Below are positions 34,562 to 43,348 of a stretch of 48,714 nucleotides of DNA, piece by piece. This DNA is from Myxococcota bacterium (GTDB lineage Bacteria > Myxococcota_A > Polyangia > Polyangiales > Houyiibacteriaceae): the NCBI GenBank assembly GCA_039814655.1, contig JBCCAW010000001.1, positions 1 to 48,714 on the forward strand, read 5' to 3'. Made by a program: the position numbers and the translations under genes. Each line of letters begins with the position of its first letter. Positions within the stretch are counted from its first letter, which is position 1. The notes below the pieces were generated by a model, which worked only from the letters and a program-made list of their open reading frames with translations, searched no databases and had not been told where the DNA came from.

Positions 34562-35782
34562 ATGTGCTGTTTCTCGAGACCGGTGAAGGCCGTGCGGGGC
34601 ACCGAGATCTTCGCTGGCGAGCTGCCCGGCGGGATGCAGAGCCTCGTCTACCAGATGGAGTTCGAGGCCGCGGGTGACCTGGCCATGATCCTGCCGCTTC
34701 CCGTCCCCGCCGGGCCCGAGGAAGACGCCGTCGACTTCGTCGACCTCCAGGGCTACCCGGACTTCTTCGGGGACCTGAAGAAGGCCTTCCCCGTGCCCGT
34801 GCCCGCGGCGCCGCCCCAGCTCAGGGCCGCGCCGGGGGCGCCGAAGCGTCAGGCGCTCGCCGTGCATCGCGTGGGCGACTTCGAGGCGTCCTTCGTACCC
34901 ACGCTCGCGGACTTCGGGCGCCTCGACGAGCGCTTCAAGCTGCCGCCGGCGACCTGGAGCGCGGTGCCCGGCTACGGGGACTGGGGTTTTGCCGTGTTCA
35001 AGCTCCGCGCGCCGCCGGCGGGGCCCGAGGGGAGCGCGCGCCGCGTGCATCCCATGGCGCTCCGCTTTCCCCGGCGCGATGCTGACGCGCTCTTCTTTCC
35101 CACGTTGCACGTGCACGATGGCGCGCTGCATGCCCTCGCGGCGTTCGAGCACACGCTGTATTGCCAGCCGCGCCCGGAGCTCGCCGCGACGCTCGGCTGG
35201 TTCCGCTCCCCGCGCCCGCTCGGCGACTCCGTGGAGGCCGCGCGCGCCAAGGGCGTGCTCGACGGACGGGCGCACGGGTTCACGCGGCGCGCCGTGGGGA
35301 CCTTCGAAAACCGCGACGTGGTGCTGCGCCCGCTTCCAGGCATCGGCGACGCGCGGCAGCTCCACGTCGTCCGGGAGGCCTTCACGCTCACGCTCCGCGT
35401 CGCGGCGGCGCATCGGCCGGTGTTTGCTCCGGGAGAGCACGCCGCCGCCGAAGGCGTTCGTGCCGCGGCCCCGGCCCTCATCGCGCGGTTGCCTGGGGAC
35501 CTCGATGCGCTCCTCGCGTCGCGTCGCGAGGCGTGGGGCCTGCGCCGCGGCGACGACGGGCTCCCGCTGTGCACCTGGGACGGAGCGCAGCTCGTCTCCC
35601 CGGGGCCGCCGGGGTCCTCGCCGGCTCCCGCGGGACCCGTGCGCGTCGCCCTCGCCCTCGCCGTGCCGCCCCTCGAGCCCCAGGGCGTCACGCTCGCCTT
35701 CGACCGCGCGCCCGCGCCCGAGGCGCTGCGCGCCGTTCAGGCGGAGCTGACGCAGTGCCTCGCGCGCTGCGTCGCGGCCTGA
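34562..35782 (+). CDS. Conserved-looking hypothetical protein starting MCCFS
   Basis: Track ORF 33830..35782 trimmed to ATG 34562. Sequence reads MCCFSRPVKAVRGTEIFAGELPGGMQSLVYQMEFEAAGDLAMILPLPVPAG...RVHPMALRFPRRDADALFFPTLHVHDG... The upstream part of the track ORF is antisense to the MFS gene. Confidence 0.75.
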   Translation: MCCFSRPVKAVRGTEIFAGELPGGMQSLVYQMEFEAAGDLAMILPLPVPAGPEEDAVDFVDLQGYPDFFGDLKKAFPVPVPAAPPQLRAAPGAPKRQALAVHRVGDFEASFVPTLADFGRLDERFKLPPATWSAVPGYGDWGFAVFKLRAPPAGPEGSARRVHPMALRFPRRDADALFFPTLHVHDGALHALAAFEHTLYCQPRPELAATLGWFRSPRPLGDSVEAARAKGVLDGRAHGFTRRAVGTFENRDVVLRPLPGIGDARQLHVVREAFTLTLRVAAAHRPVFAPGEHAAAEGVRAAAPALIARLPGDLDALLASRREAWGLRRGDDGLPLCTWDGAQLVSPGPPGSSPAPAGPVRVALALAVPPLEPQGVTLAFDRAPAPEALRAVQAELTQCLARCVAA

Positions 35783-35792
35783 GCTCGGCGGC

Positions 35793-36806
35793 TCAGAACA
35801 TGCGGTAGGTCCAGCCCGACGTGTCGGCGTCGAGGGCGACCACGTCGCGCCGGTCCGAGCGAATGAGAAAGGCCCCGGGCCGGCGCGCGAAGGCCGGCCG
35901 GTCCCGCTCCGGAAGGCTCCACTCCGCCAGCCCGACGTAGACCAGGTGCTGCGTCGAGGCCTCGTGCGCGCGCCAGGCCGCGAGGGGAAAGCCACCCTCC
36001 CGGCGCCGGTCCCAGAGCTCCAGGCCGCGCAGGCGCGCAAGGAAGGGTCGCCGAAGCAGGTCCCGGACGAAGGCCTCGGAAAAGCCCGTGCAGCGGAGGG
36101 CCAGGTGCGTGAGCGCCGGCGCGCGCGCGAGAGCCCGGTCCAGCGTCTCCAAGTCGACGGGGTCAGCGACCGTCAGGCTGCGCAGCGCCGGGGCGCGAGA
36201 GGCGAGGAGCACGGGAAGCTCCCGCGCCAGGCACGAGAGCCCGCGCAGCGCAGGGAAGCGCTCCACGACCGGGACCTCCGCGTTGTCCGGGTTTTGCACC
36301 GCGAGCACCAGGTGGGTCACGAGCTCGCACAGGTCGTGGTCCTGCAGCGCTCCGTGAAAGCGCGCCGAGCCCTCGTGCACGCCCAGGCGGAGGCCATGCA
36401 CGAAGGTCCCGGAGGCGAGAAACGCGCGTAGCGCTCGCTCGCCCTCGGTGTTGACCTCCCAGGGAGAGGCGTGGCGCTTCGGCGAGTAGTCGCTGCCGTC
36501 CTCGAGGCCGACGAGGTCGTCGTCGACGAGCCAGGCCATCGCGTCGTGCCCATCGCGGAGAACACACACCCCATTGCCGATGCCGCGATCGAGCGCCTGG
36601 AGGTGGTGCGGCGGGCCGGTCACCGCGTCGACGCTCCGTCGCGCCAGGGCCCAGTCTTCGGCGGTGCCGCTCCGGAGCCAGCGCGCCTGCGCGGCGATCA
36701 CCTCGGCCGCTCCCTCGAGCGTCTCCGCGTGCCGGGCGATGAGCTGCGCCGCCAGGCATTCGCTCTCCGGCACCAGACCGAGGATGTCGAGGTGGCCTCC
36801 GCTCAC
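35793..36806 (-). CDS. Hypothetical protein with Leu-rich-repeat-like C-terminal half
   Basis: Starts at GTG 36806. Composition looks natural. Segments such as [54 protein letters not shown] are LRR-like. Confidence 0.65.
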   Translation of the reverse strand: MSGGHLDILGLVPESECLAAQLIARHAETLEGAAEVIAAQARWLRSGTAEDWALARRSVDAVTGPPHHLQALDRGIGNGVCVLRDGHDAMAWLVDDDLVGLEDGSDYSPKRHASPWEVNTEGERALRAFLASGTFVHGLRLGVHEGSARFHGALQDHDLCELVTHLVLAVQNPDNAEVPVVERFPALRGLSCLARELPVLLASRAPALRSLTVADPVDLETLDRALARAPALTHLALRCTGFSEAFVRDLLRRPFLARLRGLELWDRRREGGFPLAAWRAHEASTQHLVYVGLAEWSLPERDRPAFARRPGAFLIRSDRRDVVALDADTSGWTYRMF

Positions 36807-36863
36807 GCATCCAGGCTAGCGCTGCGCGCTCGCTCTGGGCCTGTCTTTCCCGTTGCTGCTTTG

Positions 36864-36914
36864 CGGAAGGCACGGCGTTACGGAAGGCACGGCTTTGCGG
36901 AAGCCGCGACGGCC
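36864..36914. repeat. 17-bp tandem repeat, 3 copies (CGGAAGGCACGGCGTTA, CGGAAGGCACGGCTTTG, CGGAAGCCGCGACGGCC), in a divergent promoter region
   Basis: Copies begin at 36864, 36881 and 36898. The repeat lies between GTG 36806 (minus strand) and ATG 36931 (plus strand). Confidence 0.8.
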
Positions 36915-36930
36915 GCTTAGCGTTCGTTCC

Positions 36931-37794
36931 ATGGCAGGCAAACACGCGGTGGTCTGGGCGCTCTTGGTCGCGGCGTGCGGGAGCTGGACCGAGGAGCCGA
37001 ACGCGCCGCGCGTCGAGATTGCCCCGCTCCAGGCCCGGCCCGTCGCCCCCGCCGACGTGGTGGAAGCGTGGGCCCTGCCTGCCGCGATGATCCCCATGGG
37101 GATCGCGGTGGAGCCCGACACCGGGCGCCGCGTGGTGCTCGAGGTCGAGGGGCGGGTGAGCGAGCTCGAGACCGGCGAGGAGCTGGCGTTCTTCGAGGCG
37201 CCGCTCCCGGGGACGGGCTTTGGCGACGTCGCGGCGCTCGGCGGCGGGCTGCTCGCGCTCACCGCCGTCAGCGACGGGTACATCGCGTCGCTCGCCGACG
37301 GGTCCCTGGTCCCGCATTTCTGCTACGAGCCCGGCTGGTTCGACGACGCCAGCAACGCCGTCCAAGCCTCCGGGGCGCTGGCCTTCGACGCGCTTCACGA
37401 CCGGCTCTTCGCCCAGCCCCTGACCCTCGCGAACGGAGGCCGCGGCAACGTGCTCGAGAGCTTCTTCGCCACCTACGACATCACGAGCGGCGTCGACCTG
37501 CAGTGGTGGCGGACGCCGACGCTGGTCGCCTCGGGTCTGGCCGTGCTCGACGCGGGCGAGACTCCCGACGCGACCACGCTGCTCGTGGCCCAAGGCGACG
37601 AGCTGCTCCGCTTCGACGTGGCGCAGCGCATGCTCACGGTGCTCGTCAGCTTCGGCGAGCTGGGGCTGGTCAGCATCGCGGGGATCGCGCGGGACGACGT
37701 CGCCGGCACGCTCCTCGTGCTCGGCTACGACGAAGGGGCCGACGCCCCGGCGGTCCTCGAAGTGCCCCTCGACGCCGTGCTGCAAGGGAGCTGA
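36931..37794 (+). CDS. Hypothetical lipoprotein
   Basis: Track ORF 36853..37794 trimmed to ATG 36931, giving MAGKHAVVWALLVAACGS (lipobox). Confidence 0.7.
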   Translation: MAGKHAVVWALLVAACGSWTEEPNAPRVEIAPLQARPVAPADVVEAWALPAAMIPMGIAVEPDTGRRVVLEVEGRVSELETGEELAFFEAPLPGTGFGDVAALGGGLLALTAVSDGYIASLADGSLVPHFCYEPGWFDDASNAVQASGALAFDALHDRLFAQPLTLANGGRGNVLESFFATYDITSGVDLQWWRTPTLVASGLAVLDAGETPDATTLLVAQGDELLRFDVAQRMLTVLVSFGELGLVSIAGIARDDVAGTLLVLGYDEGADAPAVLEVPLDAVLQGS

Positions 37795-37856
37795 GCGCGC
37801 CCGGCGGCCCGGCCGGGTCTTTCGCCGCCGCGCGAAGCGCGCGACAGTCGCGGGGC

Positions 37857-38882
37857 ATGTCTCCGACTTTCGTGGAACGCACCAAAGCGAGCGCCGCTGC
37901 GGCGCTGCTCGGTATTCGCCCCTCGCTGGCGCGGCGCCTCGCCGGGGCGCCGGTAGAGGACGAGGCGACGCTCGACGCGAACCTGCAGCTCTTCTTTCGC
38001 GTCCAGGCGATGAGCGGCGAAGGCAGCTTCGCGGACCAGGGTGATGTGGCGAAGGCGCGGCACTTCTACCGCGTCGCCTCCACGCTCATCTTGGCCCTCG
38101 AGGAGCCTCCCGTTGCGCGCACGGAGGACCGGGAGCTGCCCGGTCCCGGCGGCGCCATCCCGGTCCGGGTCTACGCTCCCGCGGCGGACGGCCCGCTGCC
38201 CGTCGTCGTCTACCTGCATGGCGGCGGCTTCTGCGTCGGCGACCTCGAGACGCACGACCCGCTCTGCCGGCGCCTCGCGCGGGACACGCACGCCATCGTC
38301 GTCTCCGTGGACTATCGCCTCGCACCGGAACATCCCGCGCCGGCGGGCACCGAAGACGCCATCGTGGCGCTCCGCTGGACCGTGGAGCACGCGGCGGAGA
38401 TCGGCGGGGACCCGGCGCGCGTCGCCGTCGCCGGGGACAGCGCCGGGGCCTGCTTGGCCTGCGTCGCCTCCGAGCGTGTGCCCGGCGTGTGCTTTCAGCT
38501 GCTCTTCTATCCCGTCGCCGAGCCCTTCGTGCGCACCCCGTCACGCACGCGCTTCGCCGAGGGCTTCGGCCTCACGGCGGCGGACGTGGAGTTCTTCAGC
38601 CAGCACCACCTCGGCCGCTTCGATCCCCAGGACCCGCGCGTGGCGCCGCTCCGCAGCGAGAACCTCGGGCGGTGCCCGCCCACGCGCGTCGTGGTCGCTG
38701 GCTTCGACGTGCTCCGCGACGAAGGGCGCGCGCTCGGCGCCGCGCTCCGCCGCGCCGGGGTCGACTGCACGACGGTCACCATGGGTTCGCTGGCCCACGG
38801 CTTCGCGCAGATGACCCGCGTGGCCTCGTGCCGCGACGGGCTCGAAGACGGCATCGCCGCGCTCCGCCGCGCCTTCGCGTAG
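37857..38882 (+). CDS. Alpha/beta hydrolase fold-3 (HSL-family) esterase/lipase
   Basis: Track ORF 36975..38882 trimmed to ATG 37857. HGGGF oxyanion motif, GDSAGA nucleophile elbow, and the later DVLRDEG and SLAHGF. Confidence 0.9.
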   Translation: MSPTFVERTKASAAAALLGIRPSLARRLAGAPVEDEATLDANLQLFFRVQAMSGEGSFADQGDVAKARHFYRVASTLILALEEPPVARTEDRELPGPGGAIPVRVYAPAADGPLPVVVYLHGGGFCVGDLETHDPLCRRLARDTHAIVVSVDYRLAPEHPAPAGTEDAIVALRWTVEHAAEIGGDPARVAVAGDSAGACLACVASERVPGVCFQLLFYPVAEPFVRTPSRTRFAEGFGLTAADVEFFSQHHLGRFDPQDPRVAPLRSENLGRCPPTRVVVAGFDVLRDEGRALGAALRRAGVDCTTVTMGSLAHGFAQMTRVASCRDGLEDGIAALRRAFA

Positions 38883-38974
38883 GGCGGGCTCACGACACTC
38901 GTTCTTCTGCCCCGGGCGCTCTTCGCGACCGAGGGAGGGCCGACGCGGCGCCCGCTCCGTGGCACGCTCGGCCC

Positions 38975-39199
38975 ATGCCCGATGAGAGCACTACCATCGA
39001 AAACCGCGTCTACCTCTTCAAGGACCTCGCCGCCGCGTGGCTCGCGGCGAACCCGGGGCAGCTCGGCGCCAGCGACCCCGCCGTGCGTGGCCGCGCGCTG
39101 CAAGCGCTCGCGGACTTGGCTTACGTGAGCTGCGTCGTGGCCGACGGCGAGGACGAGGCCCCGGCGACGGTGGCCGGGAAGGTGCGACAGGCGCCCTGA
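38975..39199 (+). CDS. Small hypothetical protein (74 aa)
   Basis: ATG 38975. Sequence MPDESTTIENRVYLFKDLAAAWLAANPGQLGASDPAVRGRALQALADLAYVSCVVADG... has natural composition. No family was recognised. Confidence 0.45.
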   Translation: MPDESTTIENRVYLFKDLAAAWLAANPGQLGASDPAVRGRALQALADLAYVSCVVADGEDEAPATVAGKVRQAP

Positions 39200-39284
39200 A
39201 GCCGTCGCGTGCTGGGGCCCGGCGGCGCCGGAGCGTGAGCCGCGTGCCCTTTTCGAGGCCGCCTTCGGGCTCTACGCTTGGCCC

Positions 39285-40166
39285 ATGCGAGGGGGGGTGG
39301 TGCTCACGGTGTGGCTCGTCGGTGCGGTCGCGCCCGCGGTCGCGCCCGCCGCCGCGCAGGACGCCCCGGCCTTCGACGCCTGGATGCCAGCGCCGAGCGA
39401 GCCCGATCGCATCGGTGCTGACGACAGCGCCGGTGCCGAGGACGAGGCTCCGGCCCCGGCGCTGCCGCCGCCGCCGGCGACGGACACGGGCAGCGCCACG
39501 CGTCCGCGGGCTTCGACGCCCGCCTCGCCCTACGTGATGCCGGGCGCCGAAGAGACGCGCCCACGCGCGGCGCCCACGGCCTTCCGCGCGACGCGGAACC
39601 GCGACGGCGCCCCCACGGCGGTTCAGCTCGGCTTCACCGTGGGCACGAGCGACTGGGCCCAGACGCCCTTCCGTCAGCGGAACACGACGCTGCGTCTTCA
39701 GGGGGACGAGCTCGAGCTCGGGCGCCTCGACGCTACGGGCTTCGACGTGCTCTTCCACTACCTCGGCCGGCGGCCCTGGGTGCTCGGCGTGGGCATGACC
39801 TACGGCACGCCGGTCGGCGGCGGGTCGCGAAGTGTGGAGGTGCTCGGTCCGCAGGCGCGCATCGACCGGCTTCACCTCTTTCGCTGGTACGCGGAAGCCG
39901 GCGCGGGCCATCACTTCGGCGACCTCGAGGTTTTCGCCGTCGCGCACCTCGGCGTGCAGCGGGCCGTGGTCGAGGTGAGCGGGCCAGACCGGCTGCTCGT
40001 GGCCTCGCGGCCCACGCTGGGCCCACGCGCCGGCTTCCGGGCCCGCGTGCACCGGGCGCTCTTTCTGCATGCGTCGGTGTATCTCGACACGCTCGTTTGG
40101 CCCGGCTCGCTCGTGACCGTGGGCCTCGCCGTGGGTCCCAGGGGCCGTCTGCTCGCGGGCCGTTGA
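39285..40166 (+). CDS. Secreted hypothetical protein (signal peptide, P/A-rich linker, beta-rich C-terminal domain)
   Basis: MRGGVVLTVWLVGAVAPAVAPAAAQD is signal-like. Alternating hydrophobic strands run through the last 180 aa. Confidence 0.6.
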   Translation: MRGGVVLTVWLVGAVAPAVAPAAAQDAPAFDAWMPAPSEPDRIGADDSAGAEDEAPAPALPPPPATDTGSATRPRASTPASPYVMPGAEETRPRAAPTAFRATRNRDGAPTAVQLGFTVGTSDWAQTPFRQRNTTLRLQGDELELGRLDATGFDVLFHYLGRRPWVLGVGMTYGTPVGGGSRSVEVLGPQARIDRLHLFRWYAEAGAGHHFGDLEVFAVAHLGVQRAVVEVSGPDRLLVASRPTLGPRAGFRARVHRALFLHASVYLDTLVWPGSLVTVGLAVGPRGRLLAGR

Positions 40167-40247
40167 GAGCCCGGCGGGCCGCGCGGGTGGCCGTCTGCGT
40201 GCCGGGGCCCGGCGCTCTGCTACCTTGCCGCCGCTTCGGAGGACCGC

Positions 40248-43200
40248 GTGCAGGACGACGAGGGCAAGAGCGAGGACGCCGGCGAGACGCCGGGCGATGC
40301 AGCATCGGACGCGGCCGGCGGCGGCGCGGACCCGGCTTCCGCCGACGCGGCTTCTTCGGAGCCGCATGCCCCGGGGTCCGGGCCCGCGGCGGGCGCGTCG
40401 CCGGCCGCGGCAGCGCCCGGCGATGAGGCACCCAACGATGAGGCACCGCGCGGAGAGGCACCGCGCGGAGAAGCACCGAGCGGAGAAGCACCGCGCGTCG
40501 CCGTGCCCCGGGGACGGCGGCTGCGGGGCGCCGCGATCTTCCTCGCCGGGGCGCTCGGCGCGTTCCTGCTCATGGCCAACTTCGAGCAGCTCGCGGCCGG
40601 CGGGCTCCTCGGCCTGCTCTGCCTCGTCGTGGCGGGCCTCGGCCTCCTCGAGGGGCTCGGCCTTTTCATCGCGGAGCCGGGGGAGACGTCCCGCTCCTGG
40701 CGGGACACGGCCTTCGGTCGGCTTGAGGGCGAGCCCTTCGCGGTGCAGCCCCTCGTCGCCGGGCCCGCGGCTTTGGCCGTGCTGCTCGTGGGCAGCGTGG
40801 CGCTCGGCTACGAGGGCGCCGCGACGACGGTGCTGCTCAGCCTCGCGCTGCTGGTGCCGGCGGCGCTCCGCCGGACGGGGCTGCTCGTCTTCCTCGTGCT
40901 CGCCGCGGTTTACCTTCCCTTGCTGGGCGTGCCCGGGCTCTGGGACCCGTGGGAGACGCACTACGGCGAGGTCGCCCGGGAGATCATCGCCCGCGACGAT
41001 TGGATCAGCCTGTGGTGGGCCCAGGAGAACTGGTTCTGGTCGAAGCCGATCCTGATCTTCTGGAGCGAGGCTCTGTCGCTGAAGCTGCTCGGCGTGGACT
41101 GCTCTCCGGACGCGAACCCGCTCTTCAGCGAGTGGGCCATTCGCCTCCCGGCGTGTGTCTTCGCGCTCTCGGCGGCGCTGGTGGTGCGCGGGACCGTGGC
41201 GCACCTCTTCAACCGGCGGGCCGGGGCGCTGGCGGCGCTGGTGCTCGGGACGAGCCCGCATTTCTTCCTGCTCGCGCACCAGGCCATCACGGACATGTTC
41301 CTGGTCGCCAACGTGACCATGGCGCTCTGCATGCTGCTGCTGGCGCTGGCTGCGAAGCCCGAGGAGACGGTGCGCTCGGTGCGCTTCGGTCGGCTGCGCT
41401 TCGGCCCGCAGCACGGGGCGATCCTCGCGCTCGTGATGCTCGCGCTCCCGCAGGCGCTCTACCTCATCAGCCGCAACGTCACCTTCTACGCGGGCGAGGG
41501 CTTCGCCGTGCACGGCGACGAGTTCCTCTACGGGTCCGGCGGCAACGACGGCGTGCCGGGCAACGCGGCGCACGCGCTGCAGCAGCCGTCCTTTCCCGGC
41601 TTCCAGCCCTGGCTTCAGGGGTTGCTCTGGCTGGCGGCGCTGGCCGGGGTGATCGGGCTCTGGCTGCGGAAGGAGCGGCGTCGTCGGGCCATCTGCATGG
41701 TGGGTTTCTACGGCTTCTGCGCCCTGGCGTTCATGGGCAAGGGCATCCCGGGCATCGCGATTACGGGCCTCGTGGCGCTGCTCTACCTCGTGGCCTCGCG
41801 GCGCTGGAACCTGCTGACGGACGGCGAGCTCCGCGTGCTGCCCGGCGTGGTCATCGGGGTGGCGGCGGGCTTCCCGTGGTTCGTGGCGATGTTCGTGCGC
41901 CACGGCGCGGGTTTCACCGATCGCTTGCTCGTGCACGACCACATCAACCGGCTCGCGCAGGGGGTGCACGGCGACAAGGGCAGCATCGCCTACTTCCTGG
42001 AGCAGCTCGGCGTGGGGCTCTTCCCCTGGGTGGGCCTCGTGCCCGCGGCGGTGCTCGGGTGGCTTTGGTACCAGCAGCGCGCCGACGAAGCCGGGCCCGG
42101 CGGCGGGCCCTACCGGGAGGGGAGCGGCGGCGGGCTCGCGCTGCCCGCGGTGCAGCGCGAGAGCCTGCTCGTGCTTGGCCTCTGGTTCTTCGCGGCCTTC
42201 ACGCTCTTCAGCGCGATGATCACGAAGTTCCACCACTACATCTTCCCGGCGATTCCGCCGGCCGCGATTCTCGTCGGCATCCTCCTCGACCGGCTCTGGG
42301 GCGAGACCGCGGGCAGCGCGCGTCGCAGCGCCCTGGCCACGCTCGCGGCGCTCCTGGCGCCACTCATTCTGGTGGTGGGCGTGGGCGCGAGCTTCGGCGA
42401 CCTGCGCGGCGTCGTGCCCGAGGAGGTCGAAGCATCGGCGGTGCAGGATTGGGTGCTCACGCAGGCGTGGCCGACCTGGCAGTGGGCGCTGCTGCTGGCG
42501 CTGGGCGCGGCGCTGCTCGTGCTGAGCGGCCGGTACTTGTGGCGGGCGCGCGCGGGCGCGGGGACGGCGCTCTCACCGGCGGCGCGACGCGAGGACCTGA
42601 GCCTCGCCGTGGCCGTGGCCGGAGGCGCGATGCTCACGGTCTTCGTGGGCAGGGACTTGAGCTGGGAGACCGTGAACCGGCCCCAGGGCTACGAGCGCCT
42701 GATTCACCTCTTCGTGTACAACTACGACCGCCCCTGGCCGGACTTTTTCGACTACCGGGCGGTGCTCACGGGCATCGCGGTCACCGGTGGCGTGCTGATG
42801 TTCATGCTCGCCCTTCGGGCGGCGCGGCCCGTGGCGGCGCGGGGGCTCGTCGGCCTGGCACTCGTGCTCGCGGCCTGGTCCATCAACGTCTACTTCGTGG
42901 ACCTTTCGCCGCACTGGAGCATGGGGCCGACGTTCCGTGAGTACTACGCGATGCGGGAGGGTCGCCGGCCCTGCGCCGAGGGCGAGACGCCGACCTTCGG
43001 CGAGCGCTGCGGCGAAGTCGAGCCGGTCATCGCGTGGCAGATGAACTGGAAGGGCGAGAATTTCTACACGGGCAACCGCGTTCATGCCTTCGTCGGTTTG
43101 GACAACGTGAAGATCAAGGAGTGGCTCGAAGAGCACCGTGGCGAGAGCGCCTATTTCGTGCTCGAGCACGGCCGCTACGGCAGCTTCCGGAGCTTGCTCT

Positions 43201-43277
43201 CGGGCAAGGAGATGGAGGTCTTCCGCAACAACCGCTGGAACAACAAGTTCCGCATGGTCTACGTGCCGGAACTCTGA
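40248..43277 (+). CDS. Large GT-C fold (GT39/ArnT-PMT-like) membrane glycosyltransferase with acidic repeat N-terminus
   Basis: GTG 40248 with a GGAGGA SD. LWDPWETHYGEVAREIIARDDW is a GT-C first-loop acidic motif. There are more than 12 hydrophobic helices and a soluble C-terminal domain. Confidence 0.85.
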   Translation: MQDDEGKSEDAGETPGDAASDAAGGGADPASADAASSEPHAPGSGPAAGASPAAAAPGDEAPNDEAPRGEAPRGEAPSGEAPRVAVPRGRRLRGAAIFLAGALGAFLLMANFEQLAAGGLLGLLCLVVAGLGLLEGLGLFIAEPGETSRSWRDTAFGRLEGEPFAVQPLVAGPAALAVLLVGSVALGYEGAATTVLLSLALLVPAALRRTGLLVFLVLAAVYLPLLGVPGLWDPWETHYGEVAREIIARDDWISLWWAQENWFWSKPILIFWSEALSLKLLGVDCSPDANPLFSEWAIRLPACVFALSAALVVRGTVAHLFNRRAGALAALVLGTSPHFFLLAHQAITDMFLVANVTMALCMLLLALAAKPEETVRSVRFGRLRFGPQHGAILALVMLALPQALYLISRNVTFYAGEGFAVHGDEFLYGSGGNDGVPGNAAHALQQPSFPGFQPWLQGLLWLAALAGVIGLWLRKERRRRAICMVGFYGFCALAFMGKGIPGIAITGLVALLYLVASRRWNLLTDGELRVLPGVVIGVAAGFPWFVAMFVRHGAGFTDRLLVHDHINRLAQGVHGDKGSIAYFLEQLGVGLFPWVGLVPAAVLGWLWYQQRADEAGPGGGPYREGSGGGLALPAVQRESLLVLGLWFFAAFTLFSAMITKFHHYIFPAIPPAAILVGILLDRLWGETAGSARRSALATLAALLAPLILVVGVGASFGDLRGVVPEEVEASAVQDWVLTQAWPTWQWALLLALGAALLVLSGRYLWRARAGAGTALSPAARREDLSLAVAVAGGAMLTVFVGRDLSWETVNRPQGYERLIHLFVYNYDRPWPDFFDYRAVLTGIAVTGGVLMFMLALRAARPVAARGLVGLALVLAAWSINVYFVDLSPHWSMGPTFREYYAMREGRRPCAEGETPTFGERCGEVEPVIAWQMNWKGENFYTGNRVHAFVGLDNVKIKEWLEEHRGESAYFVLEHGRYGSFRSLLSGKEMEVFRNNRWNNKFRMVYVPEL
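40422..40496 (+). repeat. 15-bp in-frame tandem repeat, 5 copies, encoding DEAPN DEAPR GEAPR GEAPS GEAPR
   Basis: Units begin at 40422, 40437, 40452, 40467 and 40482, read directly from the sequence. Confidence 0.95.
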
Positions 43278-43348
43278 GGCCGCCGGGAACGGCCCGCGGA
43301 GCCGGCCTCGCGGCGCCGGCAGGCCCGTGCGTCGACGCAAGCTCGCGC

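Noticed and set aside
36886-36898. Sigma54-like element GGCACG-GCT-TTGC upstream of ATG 36931.
   Set aside because: The spacing from GG to GC is 11 nt rather than the canonical 12. It is kept only as a remark under the 17-bp repeat finding.
38959-38974. TGGCAC hexamer just upstream of the small ORF at 38975.
   Set aside because: No TTGC-type -12 element follows at the right spacing, and the hexamer lies only 11 nt from the ATG.
39018-42236. Very long ORFs such as 39018..42236(-) 1072 aa, 26829..30005(-) 1058 aa, 16210..18696(+) 828 aa, 19555..21885(-) 776 aa and 7679..9649(+) 656 aa.
   Set aside because: They are extremely R/P/A/G-rich with no recognisable motifs. Each lies antisense to, or frame-shifted within, a gene with clear family signatures. 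They are typical shadow ORFs of a genome with about 70% GC.
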